Assembly (NCBI GenBank): GCA_905178155.1
Contig: CAJINV010000001.1
Span: forward strand, 3,921,706-3,985,705
Length of the DNA stretch: 64,000 nt
Origin: Amoebophrya sp. A120
Taxonomy: Eukaryota; Protista; Dinoflagellata
Direction of reading: 5' to 3'
A program made the position numbers and the translations under genes. The notes beneath the pieces are model-generated. The model had not been told where the DNA came from. It saw only the letters and a list, made by a program, of their open reading frames with translations, and did no database searches. This document shows, piece after piece, positions 24,377 to 36,901 of this stretch (the first letter of the stretch is position 1; every line of letters starts with the position of its first letter).

Positions 24377-27300
24377 ATGACGAAGCAGAAGATGCTGCTG
24401 CCTCTGCTGCTTTTCTTGTCAGTGACCTGCTGGCACTCTCTCGCGCGCGCGAACACGAAAGACTTCTTGGCTCGGCGAGCCAATGGCAACGACGGAACTA
24501 ATGATCCTGTTCCTGGGGACGCAACTGCTGTCAAGGAAGATGCTGGAGGTGATCATCTTCACGCGCACGACGAGCCCAATCTTGTCCATGATGGGACGAA
24601 CGACATTTACGGTGACCGTGAACGAGAACACGAATCCTCCTCTCCGTTTCAGTTTCTCGAAGACCTGCAAAATTCCGAACAGCCCTCGGACATCGCGACC
24701 GCGGACGGTGCGGGTTCTCCTAGCAGTTTTCTCGGGTCCTTCGCGAGCCGCTTCAACTCCGTGTTTCGATTTCAGCGTGAAGATGATGCTGTTGGCGGGA
24801 AGAAGGAACAAGCAGACCATGACAAAAATGCCCCTGCTCCGGCTGCCGCTGCCCGTGCCGAAATCAAGAAGATGACCACGGGGCAGCACCATGATGACAC
24901 TTTCGCTGCGGCAATGACGAGCAATGACATGAACCCGACCTTTCTGGAACGCGAAGCAACCGGGACGGCGAAGCCTTCGACGTCCTTCACGCCGTCGGCT
25001 GGTGATGCCGAGGAGGTGGCCTCCGGTGACAAAAAATCTGCGATGAAGAATGAGGTTGACGCTGAACGCACCGAACCGCTGAAGCATGAAGACGAAGGAA
25101 ACACTGCCGGTGAAGATGCGGCTGCTGGTATGAAATTGTTTTGACTTTCTTGATCTCGTTTATTGAAGATTTGATCACTGTTTTGTGGAGTGTTGTCGGC
25201 AACCTTCCTTCGTGCAATCACTTTTTATTTTTTAGCAGTTCAACTTTCGCATTCATATTCATAAATTCATCACAATCCTATTGTCCTCCGTTTTTTTCGA
25301 TATCGATTGAGTAGTTGCAGGCTTAGAGAAACCGCAAAAAAAGGACGACATTGTTGGTGTTAATGATGCAGCTGAGGACCCTTCTTAAAATTTAGCAGCT
25401 GTTGGTCTTCTGTTCTTGGTTTATTTGGTATGACTGCTTGCAGTAGCTGCACTGGAACAAGAACACATCGTACAAACAGAAGAACGACCGCAACCGAAAC
25501 GCGGAAACCTTCGTGGAAGTGGTTCTGGGCCAGATTTGCCTCTGCGGGACGCGTCGTCTGCTGCGTCTTCAATGCTGTCATCCTCCACCTCGTCGACTCC
25601 GTGGGCAGAGGCGGGCGAAGGTGCGACCGCTGCAGCTGCTTCGTTTTCCGAACACGGGTTGGGTGATCACGTTGACGCTCTTCGTCCTGCCGACGGCAAC
25701 GAGAACGGTGGCGCGCCGAAAGAAGCTGGCGACGCCGACGAGGATGCTCATTCTGGGAACGTCGAAGCCTTTTTGGAATCTGGACAAGGTCACGCTTCGG
25801 CCGCGGGCGAAACCCAGACGAAGGATTATTATTCTTCACTGTCACGAACTGGAGAGGGACGTTCTACTTCTGAACTTGCCGACAGCGTCGGGGACAAGCA
25901 GGAGTCCTCCTCCGCGGGGGCGTTTCTGCAAGAGGAGAGCCTTAATGCGTTGCTCTCTCCTCGTCATAATCCTCAAGGAGTTGTTCGGTCTTATTCCGCG
26001 CCTGGCCCTTTTCCTGGTGGAGGCGCACCGACAACCTCGATGACGTTGCAGACCCCGCGCCCGATGCATGCGGCTGGTACGAGTCCTCCTCGGCTCGGTC
26101 CGAGTGGGGGACAGGTGCAGGACATCAGTCCGGAGGAATATGCTCGGATCGCTCGGCAAAATGCAGCTACAAACGGGGGACAGTACACGTACAACACTTG
26201 GAACGGGAAGACGCAAAAGTGGGAGACGCACACAGCCGCAGTTGCTAAGAACGCACAGCAAATGCTTCGAGCCGAGGAAGAGATCAAGAAGATCAACGCG
26301 GATAGTAGCGTCGACACTGCTAGGACGTCCCCGCCACGCCGTTTCGCTTGGAGAGCTGAGGACTTCGATTTCGGCAGGAGGCCGGATCAAGTTCATGGAC
26401 TTGCCCCGAGCAGATCTTTTTCTGTGGACGATAGCATGCTTCCAGCACGGGGACGAGCTACCTCTACGCAGCATGCTGCTACTGCACCAGGAGCTTTACG
26501 ACAACAACCTGGAGGTCCTCAGGTGATGCAACGATCTTCCTCGAGCTCGAGCTCGACGTCCGCACAATTCTCGGCTCCACCTCAACCTGCAGGACCAGCT
26601 CAATTTCCGCGAAGTCGAAGTTCTCAAGCATTAGCTGCTAATCATGCTGCTGCACAAGAACGTGAACTTGAGCGTGACATTGGGGAGCCAACAGCATCAC
26701 CACCACCTGCACCTGGTCGTGGTCAGCAGGCATTTACCACCGCTGCTCAGGCTATTTCATCCAGGATTTCTTCAACATCATCCCAGATTTCTTCAGCAAT
26801 CGGATTCGGAACGAAGAGGTTCAGCAAAATGGCTGACCCTAATCCCCCGCCGCGTGCTCCTGCGGACACTCATGATTATTGCAAAAAAACTATTGGGGGC
26901 GTGCATCAATCGCCCGAACAAATTCACTACTGCCAAATGTACTTGCGTTACCGATTTACTCAGTATCCTGATCCGTCGAAGCCGGGAGGCATGGGTGTGG
27001 GTCTAAAACGGAGCGCGCCAAATGGACCATTGAGTATGCAGACACACATTTTGCCTGACGTTGTACAAGCATTTGGCGCGAACTTCAACGCCTTCTCTCC
27101 TGCAGGAAAATGGCAGTGCCAGGAAGGAGCAGGCTGCAGCGCCAAGACTGAGTGTTGCTATTGCCGCTGCGATAACCCGAATTCTGAAAATAAATACCAA
27201 TGCTCGTGGCAGCCTTGTCCTGCTGTGAATGGCCGCAAGAAGGCGTATTTTTTCGGACCGGGGTCTGGATTTCTGAAGACGGCCTGGCAAGTTGATATAT

Positions 27301-28013
27301 ACGGGGTGGGGCACCAAGACTATCAGGTCTTGCACGACACGCGCGGAATGATCGCGGGCCCTGGGCATAACACCGGATACGACGATATTCCGGATACACG
27401 GTTGGGCCTGATTGCGCCCTCGCAGTGGGCAGGGGCGGAAGGACCGGGAAACAGCGGGGGTACCTTCTACGAGTTCATCGCACATTGCTACGGATTTCCA
27501 CCAGTTTTGCACAAACTCGTGACGGACCACAACATTCGCGCGATCATGAGCGGATCTCGGGGGGGAGATTTTGCCAAGGAAATGCGCAAACACTACCTCC
27601 GTGTGCCGATGGTAAACTTCAACGGTGGTATGCTGCTCGAACACCAACACGGACAGTTTGTCCCGAAGTTCGACGACGCGGTTCCGGCAAAGACTGCGCC
27701 ACCAGTTTTGGTTCTTGTCGGTGCGAAGGAAGACTATCAAGCTTTCCAACCGGTCTCCGTGAACCCACCACCCGCTTTATTGCAGAAGGCATCGACTCAC
27801 AACATCGCACTAGTGCAGTCCACTCAAGGAAACCACCACAATCCGGGTCTGAACGACAAGTGCCTCCGACAATTGTTCAAAAAGACGGCTGATGGAGTGT
27901 CGCTAGATGGTGGGTCTTTGCAAGCCGCTGAATGCGGGCTTCCTTGCCCATCTCCGGACCCAAGAATTCCTTGCAGTTTCCAAATCCTTGCCAATTTCCG
28001 AGACGGCCGCTGA
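24377..28013 (+). CDS. Secreted protein with low-complexity N-terminal half, Cys-rich module and possible alpha/beta-hydrolase-like C-terminus
   Basis: Signal peptide MTKQKMLLPLLLFLSVTCWHSLARA; exon 24377-25127, phase-1 intron to ~25479, long ORF to 28013. AIMSGSRGG, VLVLVGAKED and GNHH resemble a Ser-Asp-His arrangement. Confidence 0.6.
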
Positions 28014-29112
28014 ACCAGAAAAAAAAAAGGCGAATGAGAGTAAAAGCATCCTTATTTTTTCAATTTCCTTTTGATCTTTTTTGCTTTTCGTGTGTGATTC
28101 GGATTCTTTTTCTGTTTATCTCATGCTGCCTCTGCTATTGTCTGATGAGTGATACTTACTTATATATTCAAACTACTCAAAAATAAAGAACCCTCTGTAC
28201 TAGCGAAAGGACATGGAAGAAGTAGCTGCACTCTTTCTCTTCTGTCCAATTACCTCTGTCCTAAAGGAAATCGAAATTGAATTTGAAAGTATGAAAAAGT
28301 AAAAGATTGCTTGTCGAACAAAGAAGTCAAAGCGTCGCCAACGAACAAAGAGTCGTCATGAACAAGCGACTCTGGCTGCAAGGTTTTTCTTTTCTGTGGT
28401 TTGTCAATTGCTTGCATTATTAAGTAAGTACAGCTGAAGATTCTGCTGATCGTGATCCGGCGCATCACGAAAACGGTCCTCGGCACTACCACTGGTATTG
28501 AATGTCGACTGAATCCAGCCAGTTGTAAGTAGTATTCGGCAAAAAAATTTGGTAGTAAGAGATGAAGCTGCACATGCGCAAATTACGAAAACAATGGATA
28601 CTCACATCAACTTGTCTTTCTATTTCAATTATTGTCGTTTTCCTTTTCGTTTTCCATATCCTTGTCTTGATCTTTTTTTAAATGTATACTAATTTATTTG
28701 CTTGCATAATCGCGGTCCAATATTGAGCTATCTTAATGTCACGCATATGATAAACATAAAAACAGAGCGATATAATTCAACATTGCCCGTTTCTTGCCGA
28801 TCCTTGTTGGGTATTTTTGAGTCATCTATTGTTTCTCTAATCTTTCTCGCTAGCTTTTAACGATAACGACAGCGACTAGTATTTCTTAACGACTGCTGTA
28901 GTACTTCTATTGATTCATGGTAACTATTGCACAGCAGCTCCTCGATTGTTTCTACAAACATAATTTCTTACGATTGCAGTTGACCAGAATCAGAACGGCG
29001 ATAGAAACATAGCCAAGAACGATCGCCACACGAACAAAAATATTGCTCGCATCGTCCATGAAATTATTTCGAGTATCAGCATTCTTATTCTAATATCTAA
29101 TCCTTGCATTGA

Positions 29113-29860
29113 TATGAACGGACAAAATGCAAAACGGGACAGTAAAAAAACCAAGAAAAATCGTGATTTGTATCATTTAGTGTGTTTACAAACAACATCC
29201 GGAACGACCGACTGCTACTCCTCCGCGGATCGCAACACTCACGACTTGATCTCCTGCAAGACAAATTCGACGAAAGAACTTGGGAGCACAACCGACTGGT
29301 GTGGTTTCGGACCGCCTGCTGATCTTCGTGCTTCATCCTCCGTCAGAGCAAAGATCTCAGGCACTTTTTTGCCATGCACGAGCGGATACGACCAAAACTT
29401 GTGGTTTAATACAGAACCACAAGGATTCGCCTATAGGGAAAGTCNNNNNNNNNNNNNNNNNNNNNNNNNNNNNNNNNNNNNNNNNNNNNNNNNNNNNNNN
29501 NNNNNNNNNNNNNNNNNNNNNNNNNNNNNNNNNNNNNNNNNNNNGCGAATCCTTGTGGTTCTGTATTAAACCACAAGTTTTGGTCGTATCCGCTCGTGCA
29601 TGGCAAAAAAGTGCCTGAGATCTTTCAATGTGGTTGCTGATCTTCGCGGGCCGAGCAGAATGATCGCGTTCAGAAATCCGAAAAGACCATCGTCTGCACT
29701 TCCGCGTCGCAGCTTCGTTGTTGTCGATTCCAGTCGTTGTCGGTCGGCCAAGCGGTATCGTCGCGTCGCCTCACACATCGGTTTCGAACAAAGCAAAAGC
29801 TACAAATCACGATTTTTCTTGGTTTTTTTGCTGTCCCGTTTTGCATTTTGTCCGTTCATA
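29113..29860. mobile_element. DNA transposon/MITE with 60-bp TIRs and 8-bp TSD TGCATTGA, spanning an assembly gap
   Basis: TIRs 29113-29172 and 29801-29860 (one mismatch). TGCATTGA at 29105-29112 and 29861-29868. Inner 81-bp inverted repeat 29350-29430 / 29545-29625. Confidence 0.85.
29445..29544. other. Assembly gap (100 N)
   Basis: Run of N at the centre of an inverted repeat. Confidence 0.99.
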
Positions 29861-30418
29861 TGCATTGATTGATAAAGAGGACGAGGGCATCTCCCATGTA
29901 CAGCAGTATAAAGAATCTGTTTCATCCTGTTCCTGATGTTGAATCTGAATGAATGTGTTTCTGTCCTTCTTCCCGTTTTCAGTCGGAATACTAGCTAGCA
30001 ACTAACTGATCAGTTTGTTGAGAGATTGGCTCTTGACATTCTCTAATAATCGAGAGCAGGGCACTTGGACCAGAGAGAGCGTGTGAAATACACCTTTTCA
30101 TCAGAAGTACTTGACCCAGCAGTCTTTGCAGAAGCTTTGCGTCTCAAGAGAAGCAAATCGAGTCCTCGCAAGTTCATCATTTGATGTCTCGTGCATGACG
30201 ATCGTCTTCAGACGTGGTAAATACGAACTTTTTCGAAGGACCACAACAGTTCATTGCTATGGATGCAGCCACTGCTGCTTTTTGTTGCTCTTTCCTTCAA
30301 ATTTCTCGGCAAGTTCATCAGTAGTCGAGACGAGAGGGTTCTTTTGTTCGTCTTGTAGTCGTGTCATCGGCTCGGTCGAAATAAAAATCCTACCTCTTAG
30401 GTAGGTTACTCGGCAAGA

Positions 30419-31363
30419 ATGGCGGACCCGGCTATCACAGTTCCAGACGACCAGCATCAGGACCTGACGTTATTTGTCCAAAATCTGCTATGCGGAGGGA
30501 TTGCATTGGTCTATGGCGGTATCTGCATCAATCCAAACACTTAATAACTGCATTCTCGAACAAGTCACACATGTTTGATTAGTACTGAAGCTGAACCATT
30601 TTTATTTTTATTTTTCTCCTTTGTGCCGCGCCCGGGGGTCTACTCCCCTGTGTCGCGTCCAGCCAAAATGTGCGGCCATGGTATAGTGGGGAGGTCTACG
30701 GCCATGGTGCTACTTGCGAGGTTTTGGTTATCGCATGACAACGCACGTACTTACTAGGATTGCGTTCGTGATGCGGAGGTGGAAGACCAAAACACCTTTG
30801 CCGTCCATATGTGCTGAAAGAAATGCAAACCCGGTTCCAGACAATGAGCGATGGCATCATCAATCGCATCGACGATATGGGGGGGCGGTAGGTTTATTTG
30901 TTTTGTCATTGTGTTGGAGGTTTACGTTTAGGTTTACGTTTACCAGTAGATAGATCTCACGAAGAAGATAAAGATATTGCTGGCAGAATAATTCAAATCG
31001 TAATCGCGTACTTGACTGAATAGAAATACTTTATTACTACAACAGCATCGACGAGCTCGAGCGCAGTATCAATACCTATGGGAATGAAAATGATGTTATT
31101 GGGAACGAATTTGCAGAGATTCAGTTTGTTCGCTGCTGGTGACTCGACTAGTTTATGTGGTCAGTCGCAAGAGCAACTTTTGGAGAAAAATAAGAATTGC
31201 ACCACGCTAGCAACTTCTACCAGCCACCACGTAGCTCCTACAAGCAACATGCAGCATGCGTTCACCTTCCCATCGTCATCTCTCGTTGTTGCATAACAAG
31301 CTTATGAGCGAGGCCATGGTTGAGGAGGAGGCCTCGAAGAACGCCAGTGCCGCAGCGCAATAG
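30419..31363 (+). CDS. HSBP1: Heat shock factor-binding protein 1 (4 short exons; absent from the ORF track)
   Basis: Exons 30419-30488, 30815-30887, 31046-31076, 31301-31363 give [57 protein letters not shown](T/K)LMSEAMVEEEASKNASAAAQ*, matching the HSBP1 coiled-coil signature. Confidence 0.9.
30489..30809. mobile_element. Degenerate introner-like non-canonical intron (321 bp), repeat TCTGC/TGTGC
   Basis: TATG...CATA ends, residual IR (TTGGTCT / AGACCAA), must be removed to rebuild HSBP1 VQNLLKEMQ. Confidence 0.75.
31077..31295. mobile_element. Highly degenerate introner-like non-canonical intron (219 bp)
   Basis: TATG...CATA ends, flanks ATACC/ACAAG, very weak IR. Removal of element plus 5 nt restores SIN.LMSE. 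Confidence 0.6.
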
Positions 31364-32436
31364 TTAGGATGAGGAAGTAGGTCGAGACAACGCCGGATGT
31401 GTATTTTGGTGGCTTGTACTTGTTGTATGAGCGAGAAGATGTTCTTCGATCGGCGAGGACTGACGCAGTTTTCAGAAAGTTTAAGCTCGATGCACTAGTA
31501 TACGTCTCCTCGTCTTCCACACTGATGCAGAGCGACCCAGTCCATGGAACTACCTGCCGCTTTTGTTAAGACAACACCAGCAAAACGTCGCTTGATGGGA
31601 GAGTCAACTAATCAGGCGAGCTCAGACAAGAAGCAACGCGCTCGCATTTTTTTATTGTCAAGACGAACAAGATGTAGATGAGAAGACGCGCGTGGAGGAC
31701 TTGTCTTTGTGCTGCTTTGTTGACTGTCACCAGTGCAAAATGAAGTCGTAAAGATATCAGTAGTGAGTTTCTTGATGTCATGTCAAAGAAGAATATTAGG
31801 AAACAACGCTATTCCCATAGACATAAACCATAAAAACAGAAACACCAAAAGAAGAGCCACACTGTTAGCCCAAGCATAATACTATCAACAGCTGCAACAT
31901 CGTCATTTTTACGGCGATTTTATTTACCAGCTGTAAACATCGATCAACAACACGATCGCGACCATGTTCTTCTCTGTTCACCAGAATTATGCAGTGTTGT
32001 TATGTGCAGCTCGTAGTGCCTCTGCCTCCTGCTGATAAGGAAGAGGAGACGTGCCACAGCTACACTCTCGCTCCTCCTCGTTCTTGTGGTTCTTTTTCTT
32101 TTCGTGATTCACGATTTGGATCCACACCGTCTTCCTCTTCCCACCTAGAAGGAAAAATATGGGCTCGCCTTCTGGATCGAGATCGTTTTGATGATGACGA
32201 TCATGATTTTGATTCTTTTTCTTGATCTGCCTGCTTCCATTAGTTTAAAATGGATCTGATCCCAAATGAACAGTATCTTTGAAGGGCATGCTCATGCTCA
32301 ATCACATATTGTGTTTAGTGGGATGAACCGGCTAAATATTTTAAAGTGTGATTGTCGGAAGCACAAATCATAGTGGAGCAAGAAAGTGTTTTGTCCCTAG
32401 CAGTTCTTTGCCCGTACAGGAAGTGGAACGTACGGG

Positions 32437-35400
32437 ATGTCCGAAGAAATGGAGATCAATGACATTGATGAGGTCCAGGTCGAGTCTCCTCATGCGATTG
32501 GAGAGGACGGCAAGCACCCTAGCGCCGAACCTAGGCACTTCGCAATGCCGACAAAGCAGGACGATTTCCCGTCTGACCAGCAAGCTGAAGCAGAGGAAGC
32601 TCCAGAAGATGCTAACCTCATGATGGAGGATTCGCTCGCACTTTCCTCCTCTTCAATGGAAGAGGATGCTCTTTTTGCTGCGCGTGATTCTCATTTTCAG
32701 GGCGACATCGCTTTTAGTCGTCGTCTTTCGGAGGACACGCGAGCCGAAATTTGCCCGACCGCTAGTTGCGATTCGAAAACGACCCCACGTGAAGAAAAAC
32801 ATATCATGGAGACGACGAACAAAAAAGCATGTAACGAGGACGAGGTCGTGTTGCACGAACGGCAGAGTAAACCTCCGTCTGACAGCGCTCTGCCGAGCCC
32901 CATGGAGTCGTCCAACAAGGTCCTCGCGATAACACCGAGTACCGCTTTTTCCTCTCCCGGTCTTGACGCTGAAAGAACCAATGCAGATGCTGCACGACAG
33001 GAGGAGATCATAACCGAACATGGCGCAGTCGACGCTGGTGGACACGGAATTGTTGATATTGAATCGCACACCGCTAATCAAACTGAGAACTTCGCTGGAC
33101 CGCATGCCCAACACCATGCTGCGGGTAATGTCTACACGCAGGTAAACACGCGAAGTCTGTGCAGCCGAACGACAAAAGCACACCAGCAGCAAGAAACATC
33201 ATATTCCAAGGAAAATCTCATCTCGACCGAGGTCAAGAGCAATAGCAAATCTGATGAGATCGAGTTAAAGCAAGAGGCAGTTTCTGTCGTCATTCCGACC
33301 GCCAGCAGTGTGCCTGAAAGCTTGAGCTCCTGCGAATCGGCCTGGATTGTGGTTGATGACAAACGAAAAAGTTGCACAGAGGACGTAGAGGAGGACGGGC
33401 TCGACAGTCCGCCGCTTCGTCCGAAGGAGCAGGCAAAAAGGCACCCAGAGCAAGACAAAGACAAGAAGATTGTAAAAGCACCAGCCGCAAGTTCTGCGGA
33501 TGATTCTTCTGGTGGAGCTTGCAGCTTTACAAGTACTTCTACTGGACGAGGAGGAGAGCTAGCGAGCAACGTTTTCGGAGGTTCTTTTTCCAGAGGTCTA
33601 CCGCTCCGACCTGAATCTCGTGATGCTCTCCTCAAACAGGAGTTTCTGAACAAATTGGAAGCATTCTTTACAAAGAACCTTTTTTGGCAAAACTTGCTTC
33701 GCAACTGCTTTCACACTTGGGCAACCCGCGTCTTGTGTCAGAAGGGTGAAAAGAACCTGAAGAAACTTTTTGCGCCCGAAAAAATCGGGGAACAAGCACA
33801 GACAGCACCCGAACAAATAAGACTCGCGGAGTTGACGCGGGGCAAGGCGGACGCCGAGGAGGCACTGGCCGCCAGCGAAAGTGTGGCGGAGGGACTTCGG
33901 GCCAAAATCGCGCGCATGGAGCAGAAACGACGTGGGCAGGGCAGTGTGGAGCTGCGGGCTTCGAACAATACGAGGCTTTTCATCTCTGTCGGGACGCAAA
34001 CCGTTGGGGCAGAAGTACAGGACAGAATGCCCGCCGACCACAAGGGACACTCTGACTTTGGACAGGAATCGAGAGCCTTGGAAAGTTCCGTGATGTCGTC
34101 CTGCTCCACAATTTTGTCTTCGCCGACTTCGATGGTCAACAAGCGTATCACGCCGCCGGTACCTGGACCTGTAAATACAGCAAACAAGAGCCACTGCGCC
34201 AAAAACAGTACTTCTGCTAAGTCGAACACAGCCCGGTCCGTTCAAAATTCTGCGACACTTAAACGCTCGACGGTGTCAAGCCGTCGTGCTACAACCACGC
34301 ACGCTGCATCTTCGACGATGGGCACAAAAACCATACCTGACAATCTCCCGGGAACTTCATGCAGCTCTACGACAGCGGCAACTTGCAGCTCTGCGACCAC
34401 GACAAAAACAAAACTCCAGATTCAGGAGGAGGCGCAAAGGGAATTAGAGGCGAAGCTGGCCCTGAAAGACGAGAGGCACTCCAAGACTGAATTGTTGTAC
34501 AAGCGTGCCAAGGAGAGCTTGGCGGCACAAACGGCTATCACACGCCGGTGCGAACTGGACAAGGTGGCCCTGGAGAAGAAGGTGATCGCGCTGCAAAACC
34601 GATTGGAGCAGTGGGAGCGACAGCGAGGAACAGCTTCTGGCGATAGCAGTACACAGAACAGTCAGCTTTTCCCGATCTCCGGTGTGCCACTTAGCTCCCC
34701 GAAAAGGACAACGGGGAAGGCGCTGGCGGGACCAAGATTGGTGCAAGGACAACCGAGTGGACCACAGATTGGTCGTTCGCCAGTGAAGATATCAAGTCCA
34801 CCTAGTGTGCCTGGCTCGAACCGACCCTGTCCTCGGTCGCCCCGTGTGGCGGCAGCGGCTGTGGGTTCAATTGGTCCTGCGGCGGGCCCGCGCGGCAGCA
34901 CCGCGGCTGCCGCAGCAAAAACTTCGCGGATGCAGAACACTGCTCGGTTAGACGCTTTGGTGAGTGCGGAGCTGGCTGCTGCCAAGAAAAGCGCCAAGAT
35001 GGCATCTAGTTGTGCGGAAGTGGCATCCACAGCAGTCGGAACTGTAAGTGTAAACCGGACCTCTAAGTGGTCTAACACTTCTGACGGAAAGGCCGCGCTA
35101 TCTACTGAGCACACGAACAACACGCAAGAAAGCGCGGAGGACGTCGTTGGATCCGCATCATGCTTACTTCCCGATCGAAGCAGTGCAAGCGCCAACTTCG
35201 ATGCTGCGGACGAACTACAGCAGGGCGAGCCTCAGATTCCAGCGGCAGAAACTGTGAAAGTCCTTGCCAAGGTTCTGGCGAAAATGCCGTCTCCCTCTCG
35301 AAGTGGCCGAGTTTCTGCTCGACTGGGCGGTGTGCCATCGGTCGCAGTTTCAACCACTCGTGAAGATCCTTCTGCTGTACAGGCGGCGGAAAACCGACCG

Positions 35401-35871
35401 CCCGATGTGCCCACGCAAGCATTTCGAACCCTCGCTGACGAAGGCGAAAAACCAGGAAACAAGAACATGAAGCCGAGAGGTTGCGCTAAGGTCCTCTCCC
35501 ACCCTCCTCGGCGGGCGAGCAACCCTGCGGGAGGACTTTATTCGCTGCCGCATAAAGCCGCGGAATTCATCAGCAGGAGATCGCCCCGGGCTGATGCCGC
35601 GATTAACGCGTATCGAAGCAGCCGATCTTTGTCGACGCCACTCGGGAATGGTAAAAGCTTGACCAAAACACCGAATAAAGCGGATAGGAGTGAACAAGCG
35701 GCGTCCCCGTCCATAGGCCCTGACACCGAAAAGAACATGACATCATCCTGCGCGAACACCCTGCCCGCTGCTACGACATCAGCCACATTGGTCTCCGCGC
35801 GCCAACTTCTGCAAACGCTTCGGGATGAAAGACGTGCCTCGCTTCTGTCGTCGACTGCAGGGAAAGAGTAA
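32437..35871 (+). CDS. Hypothetical low-complexity coiled-coil protein (1144 aa)
   Basis: Uninterrupted 3.4-kb ORF, Ser/Ala/Glu-rich with two coiled-coil-like segments. No family recognised. Confidence 0.75.
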   Translation: MSEEMEINDIDEVQVESPHAIGEDGKHPSAEPRHFAMPTKQDDFPSDQQAEAEEAPEDANLMMEDSLALSSSSMEEDALFAARDSHFQGDIAFSRRLSEDTRAEICPTASCDSKTTPREEKHIMETTNKKACNEDEVVLHERQSKPPSDSALPSPMESSNKVLAITPSTAFSSPGLDAERTNADAARQEEIITEHGAVDAGGHGIVDIESHTANQTENFAGPHAQHHAAGNVYTQVNTRSLCSRTTKAHQQQETSYSKENLISTEVKSNSKSDEIELKQEAVSVVIPTASSVPESLSSCESAWIVVDDKRKSCTEDVEEDGLDSPPLRPKEQAKRHPEQDKDKKIVKAPAASSADDSSGGACSFTSTSTGRGGELASNVFGGSFSRGLPLRPESRDALLKQEFLNKLEAFFTKNLFWQNLLRNCFHTWATRVLCQKGEKNLKKLFAPEKIGEQAQTAPEQIRLAELTRGKADAEEALAASESVAEGLRAKIARMEQKRRGQGSVELRASNNTRLFISVGTQTVGAEVQDRMPADHKGHSDFGQESRALESSVMSSCSTILSSPTSMVNKRITPPVPGPVNTANKSHCAKNSTSAKSNTARSVQNSATLKRSTVSSRRATTTHAASSTMGTKTIPDNLPGTSCSSTTAATCSSATTTKTKLQIQEEAQRELEAKLALKDERHSKTELLYKRAKESLAAQTAITRRCELDKVALEKKVIALQNRLEQWERQRGTASGDSSTQNSQLFPISGVPLSSPKRTTGKALAGPRLVQGQPSGPQIGRSPVKISSPPSVPGSNRPCPRSPRVAAAAVGSIGPAAGPRGSTAAAAAKTSRMQNTARLDALVSAELAAAKKSAKMASSCAEVASTAVGTVSVNRTSKWSNTSDGKAALSTEHTNNTQESAEDVVGSASCLLPDRSSASANFDAADELQQGEPQIPAAETVKVLAKVLAKMPSPSRSGRVSARLGGVPSVAVSTTREDPSAVQAAENRPPDVPTQAFRTLADEGEKPGNKNMKPRGCAKVLSHPPRRASNPAGGLYSLPHKAAEFISRRSPRADAAINAYRSSRSLSTPLGNGKSLTKTPNKADRSEQAASPSIGPDTEKNMTSSCANTLPAATTSATLVSARQLLQTLRDERRASLLSSTAGKE

Positions 35872-36901
35872 AGACCGACGTCACTTCTTGTTCATCTTCT
35901 TTCAGCTGCTACACGAGCGATGACAGGAACGTCGGAAAATTTTTACAACCTGCTCAGAAATTCTGTTGGTATTTGATAACCTGAAAGAAAATCTATCATC
36001 GGTAGCACCCCGACCCCATGAAGTGTGAGTTTCAAATTCAAAGGCCACAAGCAGCGGAACCGTTTGGACGCAGAATATCAATATACTTATTCGCAGTGTT
36101 AATTGTGGTGGTTTGTTGCCGCGACATCCACGGAATAAGATCTCTTTCTCGGACACGGTTCGACGGAAAGCGAAAGAAATCTGCAGAAAACTGTAAAAAC
36201 TAAAACTGATCAAATGGCGGATCTTCGCAGGGGCCATCTTCCGAGGACCACCTAAGAGCAGCTGTGACTGATCAGCAATCACCAGTTGATCGCGTCCATG
36301 GTCATCTCATCTTCTACAGTCAGAACCACTTGTTTTATGAGCCACAGGATCCGCAAGAATTTGATCCCGATCATGTTGATGAAGTAATCGCAAGTAATAG
36401 GTTGTGCAGATAAGAGTTCATCGGAATGCGAATCAATGCTGAAGATGTTGTATACTCCGTTGTAACGGATAGGGATATTAACGGGGATTGGTATCGCTTT
36501 CGTTCGCAAAAGATGAGAAATGAGAACTGAAGATGAAGATCACAGACTGGAATTTTTGATTTTGAGTGTTGTTGACTCGCAGAATAGACCAGAAGTACGA
36601 AGATCATCTGTTCCTCGTGCAGCATATGGATGAAGATGGAGTGAGGACCAAACGTAATTGGATAGAGGTGGAGATCGAGATTGATTTGTGTGCAGGAGGT
36701 GTTTAAGTATGGTTGGAACGCCGATAACGACAGCGGGTTCTTACGTGTGAATTTTGTGTTTTTACGCTAGATTTTTTAGATTTCGTTTGTTTCCACCGAT
36801 TCGAATTAAGACGGACTTTCTTAGATAGAAGATCTAAGACCACCACGGACCGAAGGATCCAACTTCAAGCATTGGTAACGTATCCACCTCAATGAATTAA
36901 A

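Noticed and set aside
36200-36720. Possible decayed coding sequence between two genes
   Set aside because: Multiple stop codons in the frames examined and no recognisable family.
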